Position numbers and translations under genes: made by a program. Positions 9,214-18,149 of a DNA stretch of 32,000 bases are shown one piece after another. Below the pieces are notes generated by a model. It ran no database searches and was not told the DNA's origin. It was given only the letters and a program-made list of their open reading frames with translations. The DNA lies in the NCBI GenBank assembly GCA_965146665.1, contig CBCTHE010000003.1, positions 90,545 to 122,544 on the forward strand, given 5' to 3'. The DNA comes from an uncultured Ructibacterium sp. GTDB lineage: Bacteria; Bacillota; Clostridia; Monoglobales; Monoglobaceae. Every line of letters starts with the position of its first letter. The first letter of the stretch is position 1.

Positions 9214-10692
9214 TCAATATTTCCATAGTATTTCCAGTGTATTTTTCCTGATGTATATTTTGTCGATGAGCTGATGGGCCAGCTCGCGCTTTTGGTCAAA
9301 GCTGGCGCTGATCCATGCATCGGGGGCCGGGATATCCATTTGGGAATGCACAAGGGTATTTGCGCTGAGCTGATTCAGAAGCGTCTGCTTCTGGGAATCC
9401 AACTCAGCGATTTTTTTATTGATATAATCCATGGTCACGTCTTCGGCGTCCATGAGCCGGGCAAGCAGGGTTTCGATTTGTTCATTGAGCTTGTGAATCT
9501 GAATTTTCAGCTGACTGCACGCAAAATCTTCCCGGACGGAAAAAGCGGTATTTTCGTCCCGGTCTACAGTGTGCAAAAATTCGTAAACAAACTGGTCCGC
9601 AACTGGCTCAAACTCCTCCAGTAAAAGCGTTTCCGGCTCCACACTGCACAAATTGTTTTGCCGGCCGGAGCAGTAGAGATATTTGGTATCCTTATAGGTT
9701 TTGATCACTAGGCTGTGCCCGCATTCTGCACACTTCATCAAACCTGTCATCCAGGTGTGCTTCCCCTTGCCCGTATTTTTGATCTGCCGGTTTGCCTCCA
9801 GCTTTTGCTGGCATTTGAGGAAGGTAGAGGAGTCGATGACGCCTGGGATAAGGGAAAGCGCGGCAACATGCTCCGTGAGGTTTCGGTATTTATTGGCGCC
9901 GCGGTCCCGTTTGCCGTACAGTATAAGACTCCGGCGGCCATCATATGCCTCGATTTCGTTGATCAGAATACAGCCAAGCTCCCGGTAGTATTGGTAGATG
10001 TCTGCATCAGCCTTCACATAAATTGGGTTGTGCAGAATCCGTGCCAGTTTGATATTATTCCACACTCCCATAGAATCTCCGTAAGACGTTCTCATTTCCC
10101 GGGCTATATTTCCCAGAGACATGCCGGTTTCCGAATAATCAGCAAACAGCTTTTCCACAATGCAGAGTTTATCTGTAGGCTTTAAGGTAGAAACGTGTTT
10201 GCCGTCCAGTACAGTTTTAGACGTTTCAAAGCCAAAGGGAGCCGGACCGCCAAGCCAGACTCCATTTTTGCCGCGGCTGTAATAATTGTCGCGGATGCGT
10301 TCGGCAATGGTCTCCCGTTCCAGTTGTGCGAATACCATGATGATAAACAGCATGGCACGCCCCATGGGCGTAGAGGTGTCGAATTTTTCCGATACAGAGG
10401 TAAAACTCACCGTATGTCTTTCAAGCACATCCATTATTCCGGCAAAGTCCGTAATGCTTCTGCTGATTCGGTCCAGCCGGTATATGATAATCCGTTCTAT
10501 AAGCCCTTGCTCTACATCCTCCATCAAATGCTGAAATTCTGGTCTGTTGGTGTTTTTCCCACTAAAGCCTTTGTCCGTGTATACACGATAATTTTCGCAT
10601 TGGACCAGTTCCTTTTTGCACAGAGATACCTGAGTTTCGATGCTGATACTATCTTTTTTATCAAGGCTTTGCCGGCCATAGATGCCAGTCAT
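9214..10692 (-). CDS. Large serine recombinase (resolvase/invertase N-terminal domain + recombinase domain + Zn ribbon + coiled coil)
   Basis: 492 aa with SD aaggag. The catalytic region GIYGRQSLDKKDSISIETQ contains the nucleophile Ser. Also present: RLDRISRS, a zinc ribbon CAECGHSL...YLYCSG...NLC, and a C-terminal coiled coil. Confidence 0.93.
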   Translation of the reverse strand: MTGIYGRQSLDKKDSISIETQVSLCKKELVQCENYRVYTDKGFSGKNTNRPEFQHLMEDVEQGLIERIIIYRLDRISRSITDFAGIMDVLERHTVSFTSVSEKFDTSTPMGRAMLFIIMVFAQLERETIAERIRDNYYSRGKNGVWLGGPAPFGFETSKTVLDGKHVSTLKPTDKLCIVEKLFADYSETGMSLGNIAREMRTSYGDSMGVWNNIKLARILHNPIYVKADADIYQYYRELGCILINEIEAYDGRRSLILYGKRDRGANKYRNLTEHVAALSLIPGVIDSSTFLKCQQKLEANRQIKNTGKGKHTWMTGLMKCAECGHSLVIKTYKDTKYLYCSGRQNNLCSVEPETLLLEEFEPVADQFVYEFLHTVDRDENTAFSVREDFACSQLKIQIHKLNEQIETLLARLMDAEDVTMDYINKKIAELDSQKQTLLNQLSANTLVHSQMDIPAPDAWISASFDQKRELAHQLIDKIYIRKNTLEILWKY

Positions 10693-10879
10693 GAGTATCC
10701 ACTCCTTTTGATGATATGCACTTCTATATCCATATGAAAGAGCAGTCTCAATTATTATAAATAGGAGCGTAACTCTCTTTACTCCCTGTGGGGAATGTTT
10801 TATTCCTGAATCGATTTGTGGCGGGGCGAATTAGGACAAACTGCAGCCGCATAAATTTGTTATGAGAGGAGTGGATTGC

Positions 10880-11098
10880 ATGCATAAACCAGTTAAGGAG
10901 TGGACGGAGGAACAGGAAGGCCGACAGTACCGCATGACTTTGTACCGCATAAGCAGCGGCGGAAAACAGTTTCATGTGGTGAATCGCAGGCCGGTGGTTC
11001 CTCCGGAGACAGCAAAACGAAACAATGCGAGGCTTTGTGAAATTATGCGGCGGAGTCTGCAGCAGAACCCCTGTCATGAGAGGACTGAATCCAGTTGA
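10880..11098 (+). CDS. Hypothetical small protein (72 aa), divergent from the recombinase
   Basis: ATG at 10880 lies 8 nt after the SD gaggag (the track start 10862 lacks an SD). The sequence MHKPVKEWTEEQEGRQYRMTLYRISSGGKQFHVV... has ordinary composition. No family recognised. Confidence 0.4.
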   Translation: MHKPVKEWTEEQEGRQYRMTLYRISSGGKQFHVVNRRPVVPPETAKRNNARLCEIMRRSLQQNPCHERTESS

Positions 11099-11335
11099 GG
11101 AAAAAAGCAGAGAAGCGCGCGGAATGAAAGGGGGAAGCCAACTGATTGTTGCAATGCAACCCTACGGAAATTTGTTGAAAATATACTGGCAAAACTTTTT
11201 GGCGTAAGACAGTAATTATGATTTGAGCTATGATTCTGATTTTACGCATTATAATTCGCATTCGAGAAAAAGAGACACAAACAGTCAAAATTCTCCTATA
11301 TAATAAGCCGATAAAGTGTAAAGGAGGAAAATTTT

Positions 11336-11668
11336 ATGACATTACAGCAATCAAAAAACACGCTGTCCGAGAATGTGAAGAAACACAGAACTGCAGTCAG
11401 TATGTCAACGGAAGCCCTGTCAAACATATGCGGTGTGAACCAGAGAACCATTCAGGATATTGAGAGCGGGGTGGCTAATCCGCAGTTTGAAACGATTTAT
11501 AAAATTGCGGATACACTTGGCATACCGCTCTTTGAACTGCTGATTCCGCAAAGCACAGCCGGAGATATTGCAAACCGGAAAGAGCTGATGCAATACATTG
11601 ACCAAAACATTGCAAATCTTCAGGCAATGAAACGTTATGAGATGAAAAAAGCGGGTATTGCGTATTAA
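11336..11668 (+). CDS. XRE-family helix-turn-helix transcriptional regulator
   Basis: 110 aa with a strong SD aaaggagg. The HTH_3 pattern is VSMSTEALSNICGVNQRTIQDIESGVANPQFETIYKIADTLGIPLFELL. Confidence 0.85.
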   Translation: MTLQQSKNTLSENVKKHRTAVSMSTEALSNICGVNQRTIQDIESGVANPQFETIYKIADTLGIPLFELLIPQSTAGDIANRKELMQYIDQNIANLQAMKRYEMKKAGIAY

Positions 11669-11736
11669 GTGACAGAACATAAGGATTAGGTACGCGAAAA
11701 ACGGGATTGCCGGAACACAATACATAGTAAAGTCAC

Positions 11737-11763
11737 CTGCGGCATAGGGTAATATTGCCGCAG
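11737..11763. terminator. Hairpin between the convergent XRE gene and amidase remnant
   Basis: ctgcggca / tagggtaatat / tgccgcag, an 8-bp perfect stem. There is no clear T-run on either side. Confidence 0.35.
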
Positions 11764-11778
11764 ATGACTTTGTCATGC

Positions 11779-12029
11779 CTATTCTCTGGCTCCGTCAATA
11801 TGAAGCAGACGGCAGGCGGCATAAGAATACGTGTGCAGGGGGCGGTGGACCTGGTCATCAGTATGGGGGGCAACATAGGCATCAGCCTTGTCAAGATCAA
11901 TGACAAATACAGAGTGTCCAAATGCGTTGCCTTCAAAGCTCAGTTGGATTACATCCCCAATTTGTGCCTCTTTCAGGGACAGCTCCCTTGATAGGCATAT
12001 GCAGCGGCGGCTTTGCGGTTGTATGCCAT
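11779..12029 (-). pseudogene. Remnant of a putative amidase-domain (Amidase_6-like) gene with an internal deletion and frameshift
   Basis: ATG at 12029 (SD aaggagaag) gives MAYNRKAAAAYAYQ, a typical N-terminus of this family, and then stops after 18 aa. A second frame continues with the family C-terminus ...GDVIQLSFEGNAFGHSVFVIDLD...APHTDD...LLHIDG. The central part that normally carries the catalytic Cys is missing. Confidence 0.6.
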
Positions 12030-12137
12030 ATGAAACTTCTCCTTGATGCAGTATATGCACAAACGACACCAAGTGCTCCTGCACAGTCCCGGAAATACGG
12101 CTGTCAGGGATGGTACTGCCTGTGATTGTGACTTTTC

Positions 12138-12152
12138 TGTGAATTTTTCACA
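12138..12152. promoter_or_regulatory. Perfect palindrome TGTGAATTTTTCACA, a candidate operator just upstream of the -35 box
   Basis: 6-3-6 inverted repeat (TGTGAA TTT TTCACA) ending 6 nt before the TTGCAA -35 element. Confidence 0.35.
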
Positions 12153-12158
12153 AACTTC

Positions 12159-12187
12159 TTGCAATTTGTAAAAAGAAAGGTTATAAT
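12159..12187 (+). promoter_or_regulatory. Near-consensus sigma-A promoter for the PucR-type regulator gene
   Basis: TTGCAA, a 17-nt spacer, then TATAAT, 57 nt upstream of ATG 12245. Confidence 0.6.
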
Positions 12188-12244
12188 GAAAAGCATATAA
12201 AATAGTTCTTGCTATATACTGGTATCATTTTGGGAGGTGGCGTT

Positions 12245-13330
12245 ATGCAAAACAGACTGTTTCAAAATACTTTGACGCAGTTAAAAAAAGATGTTAAGCG
12301 TGTGGTTGGAGTGATAGACGATTCAGAAACAGTGATTGCCTGCAGCGACGAAAGCCGGATTGGCAATGTCATTGACAATATTTTTACGGTATTTGACAGC
12401 AGCGGCGATATCAAATGTATTGGCGGATTCAGCTATAAAAAAATTGAGACCTTCAACAAAAACGAATATGCTGTTTTTTGTGAGGGCGAGGATGATGTGG
12501 CGGCCAATGCGTGTTGTTTCCTTGGAATCCACTTCCTTACCATCAAGCAGTATTATGATGAAAAATACGACCGCAACAGCTTTGTGAAAAATATCATTGT
12601 GGATAATATTCTGCCGGGTGATGTTCTGTACAGAACCCGGGAGCTGCACCTGACTGTTGAAGCGCACCGGGTGGTTTATCTGATCCGGGTGCAGAAGAGT
12701 GTGGAAAATGCGGCGCTGGATATACTGAAAAATCTGTTTCCTGACCGGAACCGGGACTTTGTGATTCGGATTGATGACCACGACAGCGTGGTTATCAAGG
12801 AGTTCAAAGCCGATGTGGACAAGGAGGAGATCCTCCAGGTTGCGCAGAACATTGTTGATACCTTGAGCACCGAGGATATGATTTCCGTTTCGGTTGGAAT
12901 TTCCACCATGGTGGATACCATTCAGGAACTGGCGCAGGCCTATCGTGAGGCGCGGATCGCGCTGGAGGTTGGCAAGGTATTTGACACGGAAAAAAATATT
13001 ATCAGCTATGATAACCTTGGAATTGGCCGTCTGATCTACCAGCTGCCGACAACACTCTGTGAGCTGTTTTTGAAAGAGGTATTCAAAAAAGAGTCGATCA
13101 ATGTCCTGGACAATGAAACCATTGGAACCATTCAGAAATTCTTTGAAAATAACCTGAATGTATCTGAAACATCCAGAAAACTGTTTGTCCACCGGAACAC
13201 GCTGGTATATCGGCTGGACAAGATTAAAAAGCTGACAGGACTGGACCTGCGGGAGTTTGATGACGCGATTATCTTTAAGGTCGCAATGATGGTCAACAAG
13301 TACCTGACTTCCGAGCCCACCAGAATTTAG
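12245..13330 (+). CDS. PucR/CdaR-family transcriptional regulator
   Basis: Likely start is ATG 12245 (SD gggagg, 7-nt spacing); the track start 12209 is an upstream extension. The C-terminal PucR-type HTH reads NVSETSRKLFVHRNTLVYRLDKIKKLTGLDLREFDDA. Confidence 0.85.
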   Translation: MQNRLFQNTLTQLKKDVKRVVGVIDDSETVIACSDESRIGNVIDNIFTVFDSSGDIKCIGGFSYKKIETFNKNEYAVFCEGEDDVAANACCFLGIHFLTIKQYYDEKYDRNSFVKNIIVDNILPGDVLYRTRELHLTVEAHRVVYLIRVQKSVENAALDILKNLFPDRNRDFVIRIDDHDSVVIKEFKADVDKEEILQVAQNIVDTLSTEDMISVSVGISTMVDTIQELAQAYREARIALEVGKVFDTEKNIISYDNLGIGRLIYQLPTTLCELFLKEVFKKESINVLDNETIGTIQKFFENNLNVSETSRKLFVHRNTLVYRLDKIKKLTGLDLREFDDAIIFKVAMMVNKYLTSEPTRI

Positions 13331-13431
13331 ATACCAGTCCAAAATAAAAGTGTATATCGGGAGTAATCGGCGGGGCTTCGGCTCCGCCTCTGTCGTGCTC
13401 GGGGGTAAAATTTCGTAGGGAACGGTGAAAA

Positions 13432-14118
13432 ATGATTGAATTCCAGAATGTGAGCAAGATTTATAAAGAGACTAGGGTCCGTGCGCTGCGCGATATCAGC
13501 TTGAGAATCGAAAAGGGCGAATTTGTATTTTTGATCGGTGCCACGGGAGCCGGTAAAACGACTATGATTAAATTGCTCCTGCGGGAAGAGGTTGCTGACC
13601 GCGGCCGGGTTATCATTGACGGTGTGGACGTGGCCAGAATGAGCAGGCGCCGTATTCCGCAGCTGCGGCGCGGCATTGGTGTCGTATTCCAGGATTTTCG
13701 TCTCTTACCTGAGCGGACGGTATATGAAAATGCGGCGTTTGCCATGCAGGTTGTTGGGACCCCAAAGCGGGTCATTCGCCATATTGTTCCACAGGTTCTT
13801 GAACTGGTCGGCCTGTCCGATAAAGCGGCGGCAAAACCCGGTCAGCTTTCCGGGGGAGAGCAGCAGAGAGCCTCAATGGCCCGGGCACTGGTTAACAATC
13901 CGCCGCTTCTGATTGCAGATGAACCGACGGGAAACCTCGATCCCGAAACCTCCGGGGAGATCATGGCTCTGCTGGATCGAATCAACCGCCGGGGCACAAC
14001 GGTAATTGTTGCAACACATGCAAAGGAACTGGTTGACCGGATGCAAAAAAGAGTACTCGCCTTGGAGAGCGGCGTTTTGGTTCGGGATGCGGCCCAGGGG
14101 AGGTATGACATTGTTTAG
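13432..14118 (+). CDS. ftsE: Cell-division ABC ATPase FtsE
   Basis: 228 aa with Walker A GATGAGKTT, signature LSGGEQQR and Walker B LLIADEPTGNLD. It is directly followed by ftsX, which overlaps it. Confidence 0.95.
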   Translation: MIEFQNVSKIYKETRVRALRDISLRIEKGEFVFLIGATGAGKTTMIKLLLREEVADRGRVIIDGVDVARMSRRRIPQLRRGIGVVFQDFRLLPERTVYENAAFAMQVVGTPKRVIRHIVPQVLELVGLSDKAAAKPGQLSGGEQQRASMARALVNNPPLLIADEPTGNLDPETSGEIMALLDRINRRGTTVIVATHAKELVDRMQKRVLALESGVLVRDAAQGRYDIV

Positions 14119-15004
14119 AGCACTGGGATATTTTCTGACGAGGGGATTTAAAAATATCTGGGGCAACCGTTTGATGAGCGTTGCTTCGGCCGGCATTGTG
14201 GCGGCGAGTCTGATTTTATTTGGCATTTTTCTTCTTGCCGGACTGAATATCAATGCACTGCTTCGCCAAGTGGAGGATCAATGTGAAATCAACGTTTATC
14301 TTGCGCCGGATGCCGGCGGAGCGACACTGAATCAGATTGAGGGTGACCTTCGGGCGATTCCCGGCGTGCGGGAGGTGCGTTTCTTCTCACGTGAGGAACG
14401 GCTGGAACGGGCAAAGGAAACCACCTATCAGGGGAAGGAGTATATGCTTGAAGATCTGGAAACTGACAATCCCTTGCGGGATTCCTATATTCTTTCGGTA
14501 GAACAGTTGTCGCAGGCCCAGCAGGTGGCTGCGCTGGCGTCTGACGTGCAGGGGGTGGATGAGGTCCAGAACAGGCAGGACTTGGTGGAGCGGATCCGCG
14601 GCATTACAGATGTAATCCAGAGAATTGGGCTCTGGATGATGCTGGCCCTCGGTCTGGTGGCCATGTTCATCGTTGCCAATACCATTCGTCTTGGGTTGCT
14701 TTCGAGGAGCCGTGAGGTCAACGTCATGCGGTTTGTCGGCGCTTCCAACTGGTATATACGCGGACCTTTTATGGTGGAAGGCATTTTATTGGGTATCATT
14801 GGGGCCGTTCTAGCGGCCATATTGGTCCTCTGGGGCTATCGTGCGGGGATACGCATGCTGGACCAGACTATGCAGAGCAGTATGCTTCAGCTGTTGAACG
14901 CGTCGGAGGTCTGGTTCACCATATCCGCAAGCTTTCTTGGTATCGGGGCCGGAATCGGTCTTTTGGGAAGCGGAATATCCATTCGTAAGTATTTAAAGGT
15001 TTAA
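14105..15004 (+). CDS. ftsX: Cell-division ABC permease-like protein FtsX
   Basis: The start MTLFRALGYFLTRGFKNIWGNRLMS is typical of FtsX. ATG 14105 overlaps the ftsE end by 14 nt; the track start 14006 is an artefactual extension inside ftsE. Topology is TM1, a large extracellular loop, then three C-terminal TMs. Confidence 0.9.
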   Translation: MTLFRALGYFLTRGFKNIWGNRLMSVASAGIVAASLILFGIFLLAGLNINALLRQVEDQCEINVYLAPDAGGATLNQIEGDLRAIPGVREVRFFSREERLERAKETTYQGKEYMLEDLETDNPLRDSYILSVEQLSQAQQVAALASDVQGVDEVQNRQDLVERIRGITDVIQRIGLWMMLALGLVAMFIVANTIRLGLLSRSREVNVMRFVGASNWYIRGPFMVEGILLGIIGAVLAAILVLWGYRAGIRMLDQTMQSSMLQLLNASEVWFTISASFLGIGAGIGLLGSGISIRKYLKV

Positions 15005-15016
15005 GGAGTCGAAAAT

Positions 15017-16129
15017 ATGAATAAAAAGACCATGAAAATTGTTGCCATTGTGATTGCATGTCTGTTTTTGCTGGGCATTGCCGCGCCGTTGCTGGCAATG
15101 TTTGTGTTTGCGGAGCCTGAGGATATGACACTGCGGGAATATGATGAAAAGCAGCAGTCTGCTCTCGCGGAGATGCAGGAACTGGAAAAACAGATGAATG
15201 AGGCCGGAGAAAAGGTCTATCAGCTGGAAAAGGCGATGGAGGAAAACGACAGGGAGCTGGAGACTGTGACCCAGGAGCTTTCAGAGGTAGAGGCCAGGGA
15301 AGCGGAACAGATGGACAGTTTCAAAGAACGTTTCAAAGCCACCTGTGAAAATGGGCCCGCATCCTATCTGGAGCTGATTTTTTCGGCGGATAATTTTTCG
15401 GATTTTATTGACCGACTTGTCATAGCACAGGAGATTGCGGAATACGATAAGAATATCCTCAGTTCCATGGAAGAGGTAAAAGAGGATATCAGGGCAGGGA
15501 AAGATCAAAAAGAAGCCATTAGGGCTGAACAGGAAAAGACAAAGGCGGAGCTGGAACAGGCAATGGCGGAGCTGTATCAAAAATCGGCAGAGGCGGCCCA
15601 GTATATGAAGGAGCTTGAAAATGACAAAAAGGCATATGAGCAATATTTAAGGGATAAGGAGGAAGAAGAGCGGCAAACTAAGCTGTCGGCAGGGCTTCAG
15701 GCTGTGGATGGTCCGGCCGACCTGAGCCGTGTTTCGGAGGGAATGTTTCTATGGCCGACGAACACAGAGGTGATCACCAGCGCTTTTTCTCCAAACAGGG
15801 TCAATCCCGTATCGGGTGTGGTGCGGGCACATACCGGTACTGACATCGGTGCAGAGCAGGGGGCGCCAATCTGGGCTGCGCAGAGCGGAACCGTTGTTCT
15901 GGCCGAATACAATGGCGGATATGGAAATTGTGTGATCATTGACCATGGCAATGGGATTACAACTCTGTATGGGCATATGAGCACAATCCTTGTTCAGCAG
16001 GGTGATACGGTGCGTCAGGGCGATCAGATCGGCAGGGTGGGATCCACTGGAAACTCCACAGGCCCGCATCTTCATTTTGAGGTGCTGATCGATGGTACAC
16101 CAGTTAATGCTATGCTGTTTTTTAATTGA
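15017..16129 (+). CDS. Coiled-coil M23/LytM-family peptidoglycan endopeptidase (EnvC/PcsB-like FtsEX partner)
   Basis: N-terminal signal/anchor, then a coiled coil of about 200 aa rich in E, K and Q. The C-terminal M23 domain has HTGTDIGA, DHGNGITTLYGHMS and GPHLHFEV. Confidence 0.92.
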   Translation: MNKKTMKIVAIVIACLFLLGIAAPLLAMFVFAEPEDMTLREYDEKQQSALAEMQELEKQMNEAGEKVYQLEKAMEENDRELETVTQELSEVEAREAEQMDSFKERFKATCENGPASYLELIFSADNFSDFIDRLVIAQEIAEYDKNILSSMEEVKEDIRAGKDQKEAIRAEQEKTKAELEQAMAELYQKSAEAAQYMKELENDKKAYEQYLRDKEEEERQTKLSAGLQAVDGPADLSRVSEGMFLWPTNTEVITSAFSPNRVNPVSGVVRAHTGTDIGAEQGAPIWAAQSGTVVLAEYNGGYGNCVIIDHGNGITTLYGHMSTILVQQGDTVRQGDQIGRVGSTGNSTGPHLHFEVLIDGTPVNAMLFFN

Positions 16130-16154
16130 AGTTCATGAATGAGAGGCGAAATAT

Positions 16155-17324
16155 ATGTATATCAAAAAACCAGTCCTGATCATCGGCGCCATTGTGCTGG
16201 TGATCGTCTCGGCTGTTCTTGCCATCGGTGCGATCAATCCCTTTGGATTTACGGCTCTGGGAGATCTGATTAAATTTACCTATGTGAGCCGGCTGATTGA
16301 CCAGGCTTATTATGAGGATGTTGACAGCGGGACCTATATGAATACAGCGCTCCAGGGGGTTGCGGCCGCCACGGGCGACCCTTATACTGGTTATCTCTGG
16401 GGGGAAAGCGCCCAGGAATACATGGAGGACCTGGAGGGAAACTATCAGGGGATTGGTATTTACATTGAAAATAATATGGAGGATGATACCATTACTGTTG
16501 TCTCGGCCATAGCCGGAACACCTGCCGAGGCCGCGGGGATTACCACCGGAGATAAAATCCTGAAGATCAATGATGAGGTTTTCACGGGACAGCAGATCAA
16601 CGAGGCGGCAAACGCCATGCGCGGCGCGGACGGCAGTCAGGTGACCGTCACGGTAATGCGGAAGTCGACCGGCGCGGTAGAAGATCTGACCTTAACACGA
16701 AAGGAAATCGAAATTCAGAACGTAACCAGCGAAATGCTGACCGGTGATATCGGACGGATTGATATAACCCAATTTACACCGGGAACAGCGGATAAATTTG
16801 TAAAAGCCTATGATGAGCTGAACCAAAAGGGAATGAAAAAGCTGGTTATTGATCTGAGGAACAATCCTGGCGGACTGGTCGATGAGGCGACTGAGATTGC
16901 AAACATGTTTGTCAAGGACGGAAACGTAATCGTCTATACCATGGATAAACACGGCAACCGGACCGACTATCCTGCGACCGGTGACGCGACCCAGATCCCG
17001 ATTGTTCTGCTGACCAACCAGGGCAGTGCGTCTGCCAGCGAAATATTGACGGGAGCACTCAAGGATTATGGGATAGGCTATCAAATTGGAGAGAAGACAT
17101 ATGGAAAGGGCGTTGTGCAGGGCGTGTACAATGTTGGAAAGGACAGCGTTCTCTCTGTGACGTCTGCCCGGTATTATACGCCGAATGGTGTATGTATCCA
17201 CGGAGAGGGGATTGAACCGGATGAGACTGTACCCATGGATGTTGAAAAATATGTACGCCTGTCAGCGCTGGAGCCGGAGAATGATGAACAGCTTCAGGCA
17301 GCAGTCCAGCATCTGAGCCGATAG
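16155..17324 (+). CDS. ctpA: S41 carboxy-terminal processing peptidase
   Basis: N-terminal TM, a PDZ domain (GIGIYIE...GTPAEAAGITTGDKILKIND), and an S41 core with DLRNNPGGLV, GSASASEIL and GEKTYGKG. Confidence 0.93.
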   Translation: MYIKKPVLIIGAIVLVIVSAVLAIGAINPFGFTALGDLIKFTYVSRLIDQAYYEDVDSGTYMNTALQGVAAATGDPYTGYLWGESAQEYMEDLEGNYQGIGIYIENNMEDDTITVVSAIAGTPAEAAGITTGDKILKINDEVFTGQQINEAANAMRGADGSQVTVTVMRKSTGAVEDLTLTRKEIEIQNVTSEMLTGDIGRIDITQFTPGTADKFVKAYDELNQKGMKKLVIDLRNNPGGLVDEATEIANMFVKDGNVIVYTMDKHGNRTDYPATGDATQIPIVLLTNQGSASASEILTGALKDYGIGYQIGEKTYGKGVVQGVYNVGKDSVLSVTSARYYTPNGVCIHGEGIEPDETVPMDVEKYVRLSALEPENDEQLQAAVQHLSR

Positions 17325-17325
17325 G

Positions 17326-18072
17326 ATGCGGCTTGGAATACTTTCGGTGCAAACGACAAAAACGGGATTTTGGAGCAAAATCCGGAATCCTGTGTTTATA
17401 AAAGAGAGTTTTGAATCACCAGTATCCATGACGGTTGCTGAATTTGCTTATACGGCGGAGGAACTGTCAGTGCTTCCGGAGCGCCGCCGAACCGTGCTTT
17501 TGCAAAAGGGAATGGACCTGCTCCGCAGCCAGCATATCTGCGGTATTGTTATGACCCGTGACTGCAGCGCTGTGCTTGGAGAGGGAACATGGACTGCGGG
17601 TGCCCGCATGCCGATACCCAAGGCAAGATTTATAGAATGTGTGGAATTCGGACTGCAGAGAGCCGGAGATTTGCTGTCCGGCCAAACGGTTTATGTTTTG
17701 GACCGGGAAATGCAGACCGTGAGTTATCAGCTGTTGGTAAACATGTGCCGACATGCACGATATCTATGCCTGCTGACCGAAAAGACGGAGATTGCGGAAG
17801 AACTCGCCGACCGTCTCTGTGATGAATACGGCGCCTATCTGGATATCAGAGATTTTTCCTATCATGTACCAGGGCGCGCGGCCTTTGTGGCAGATGTCGA
17901 CCAGGGCACCGTACGGATCGGACGTGACTGCATCATAGACGGTCTGGAGGTTGACGTGGACACACATGGCTATGATGTTGACCCAAATGCGGTTTTGGCG
18001 TACCTGCCGGAACTTTCTGAAAAATTACCCTTTATATCCTGGCTGTCAGGGAAAAAGCGGTTGACAAGATAA
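17326..18072 (+). CDS. Hypothetical protein (soluble, no family recognised)
   Basis: 248-aa ORF starting 1 nt after the ctpA stop. The SD is weak and the start is uncertain (alternative ATG at about 17428). Composition looks coding. Confidence 0.55.
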   Translation: MRLGILSVQTTKTGFWSKIRNPVFIKESFESPVSMTVAEFAYTAEELSVLPERRRTVLLQKGMDLLRSQHICGIVMTRDCSAVLGEGTWTAGARMPIPKARFIECVEFGLQRAGDLLSGQTVYVLDREMQTVSYQLLVNMCRHARYLCLLTEKTEIAEELADRLCDEYGAYLDIRDFSYHVPGRAAFVADVDQGTVRIGRDCIIDGLEVDVDTHGYDVDPNAVLAYLPELSEKLPFISWLSGKKRLTR

Positions 18073-18089
18073 ACGAGTTCGATTATAAT
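18061..18089 (+). promoter_or_regulatory. Consensus sigma-A promoter for greA-lysS
   Basis: TTGACA, a 17-nt spacer, then TATAAT. It spans the end of the preceding ORF and lies 60 nt upstream of the greA start. Confidence 0.6.
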
Positions 18090-18149
18090 ATTGAGATATG
18101 TAAATGAAGAAAACCGTCCTCACAGACGGACAATATGGAGGTCAAAAGA

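Larger units (their letters stand above)
9170..12130. mobile_element. Small, apparently decayed integrative element (serine recombinase island); right boundary uncertain
   Basis: The left junction is where NodB homology stops (about 9168-9175). The recombinase stop lies 4 nt from the deacetylase stop. Content is a recombinase, a small ORF, an XRE regulator and an amidase remnant. The missing deacetylase 3' end does not reappear before the core promoter at 12159. Confidence 0.55.

Noticed and set aside
12323-13342. 339-aa antisense ORF across the PucR-type regulator gene
   Set aside because: It is a shadow of an AT-rich, codon-biased sense gene. The sense frame has a clear PucR HTH, and the antisense start lies beyond the sense stop with no SD.
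14006-14104. N-terminal extensions proposed by the ORF track for ftsX (14006), parA (20814), the surface protein (22766), the 26377 gene (27072), pda (8586), the regulator (12209) and greA (18135)
   Set aside because: These extensions use TTG or GTG starts, or ATGs with no SD, and they overlap upstream genes or terminators. Internal ATG or GTG codons with proper SD spacing give canonical family N-termini.
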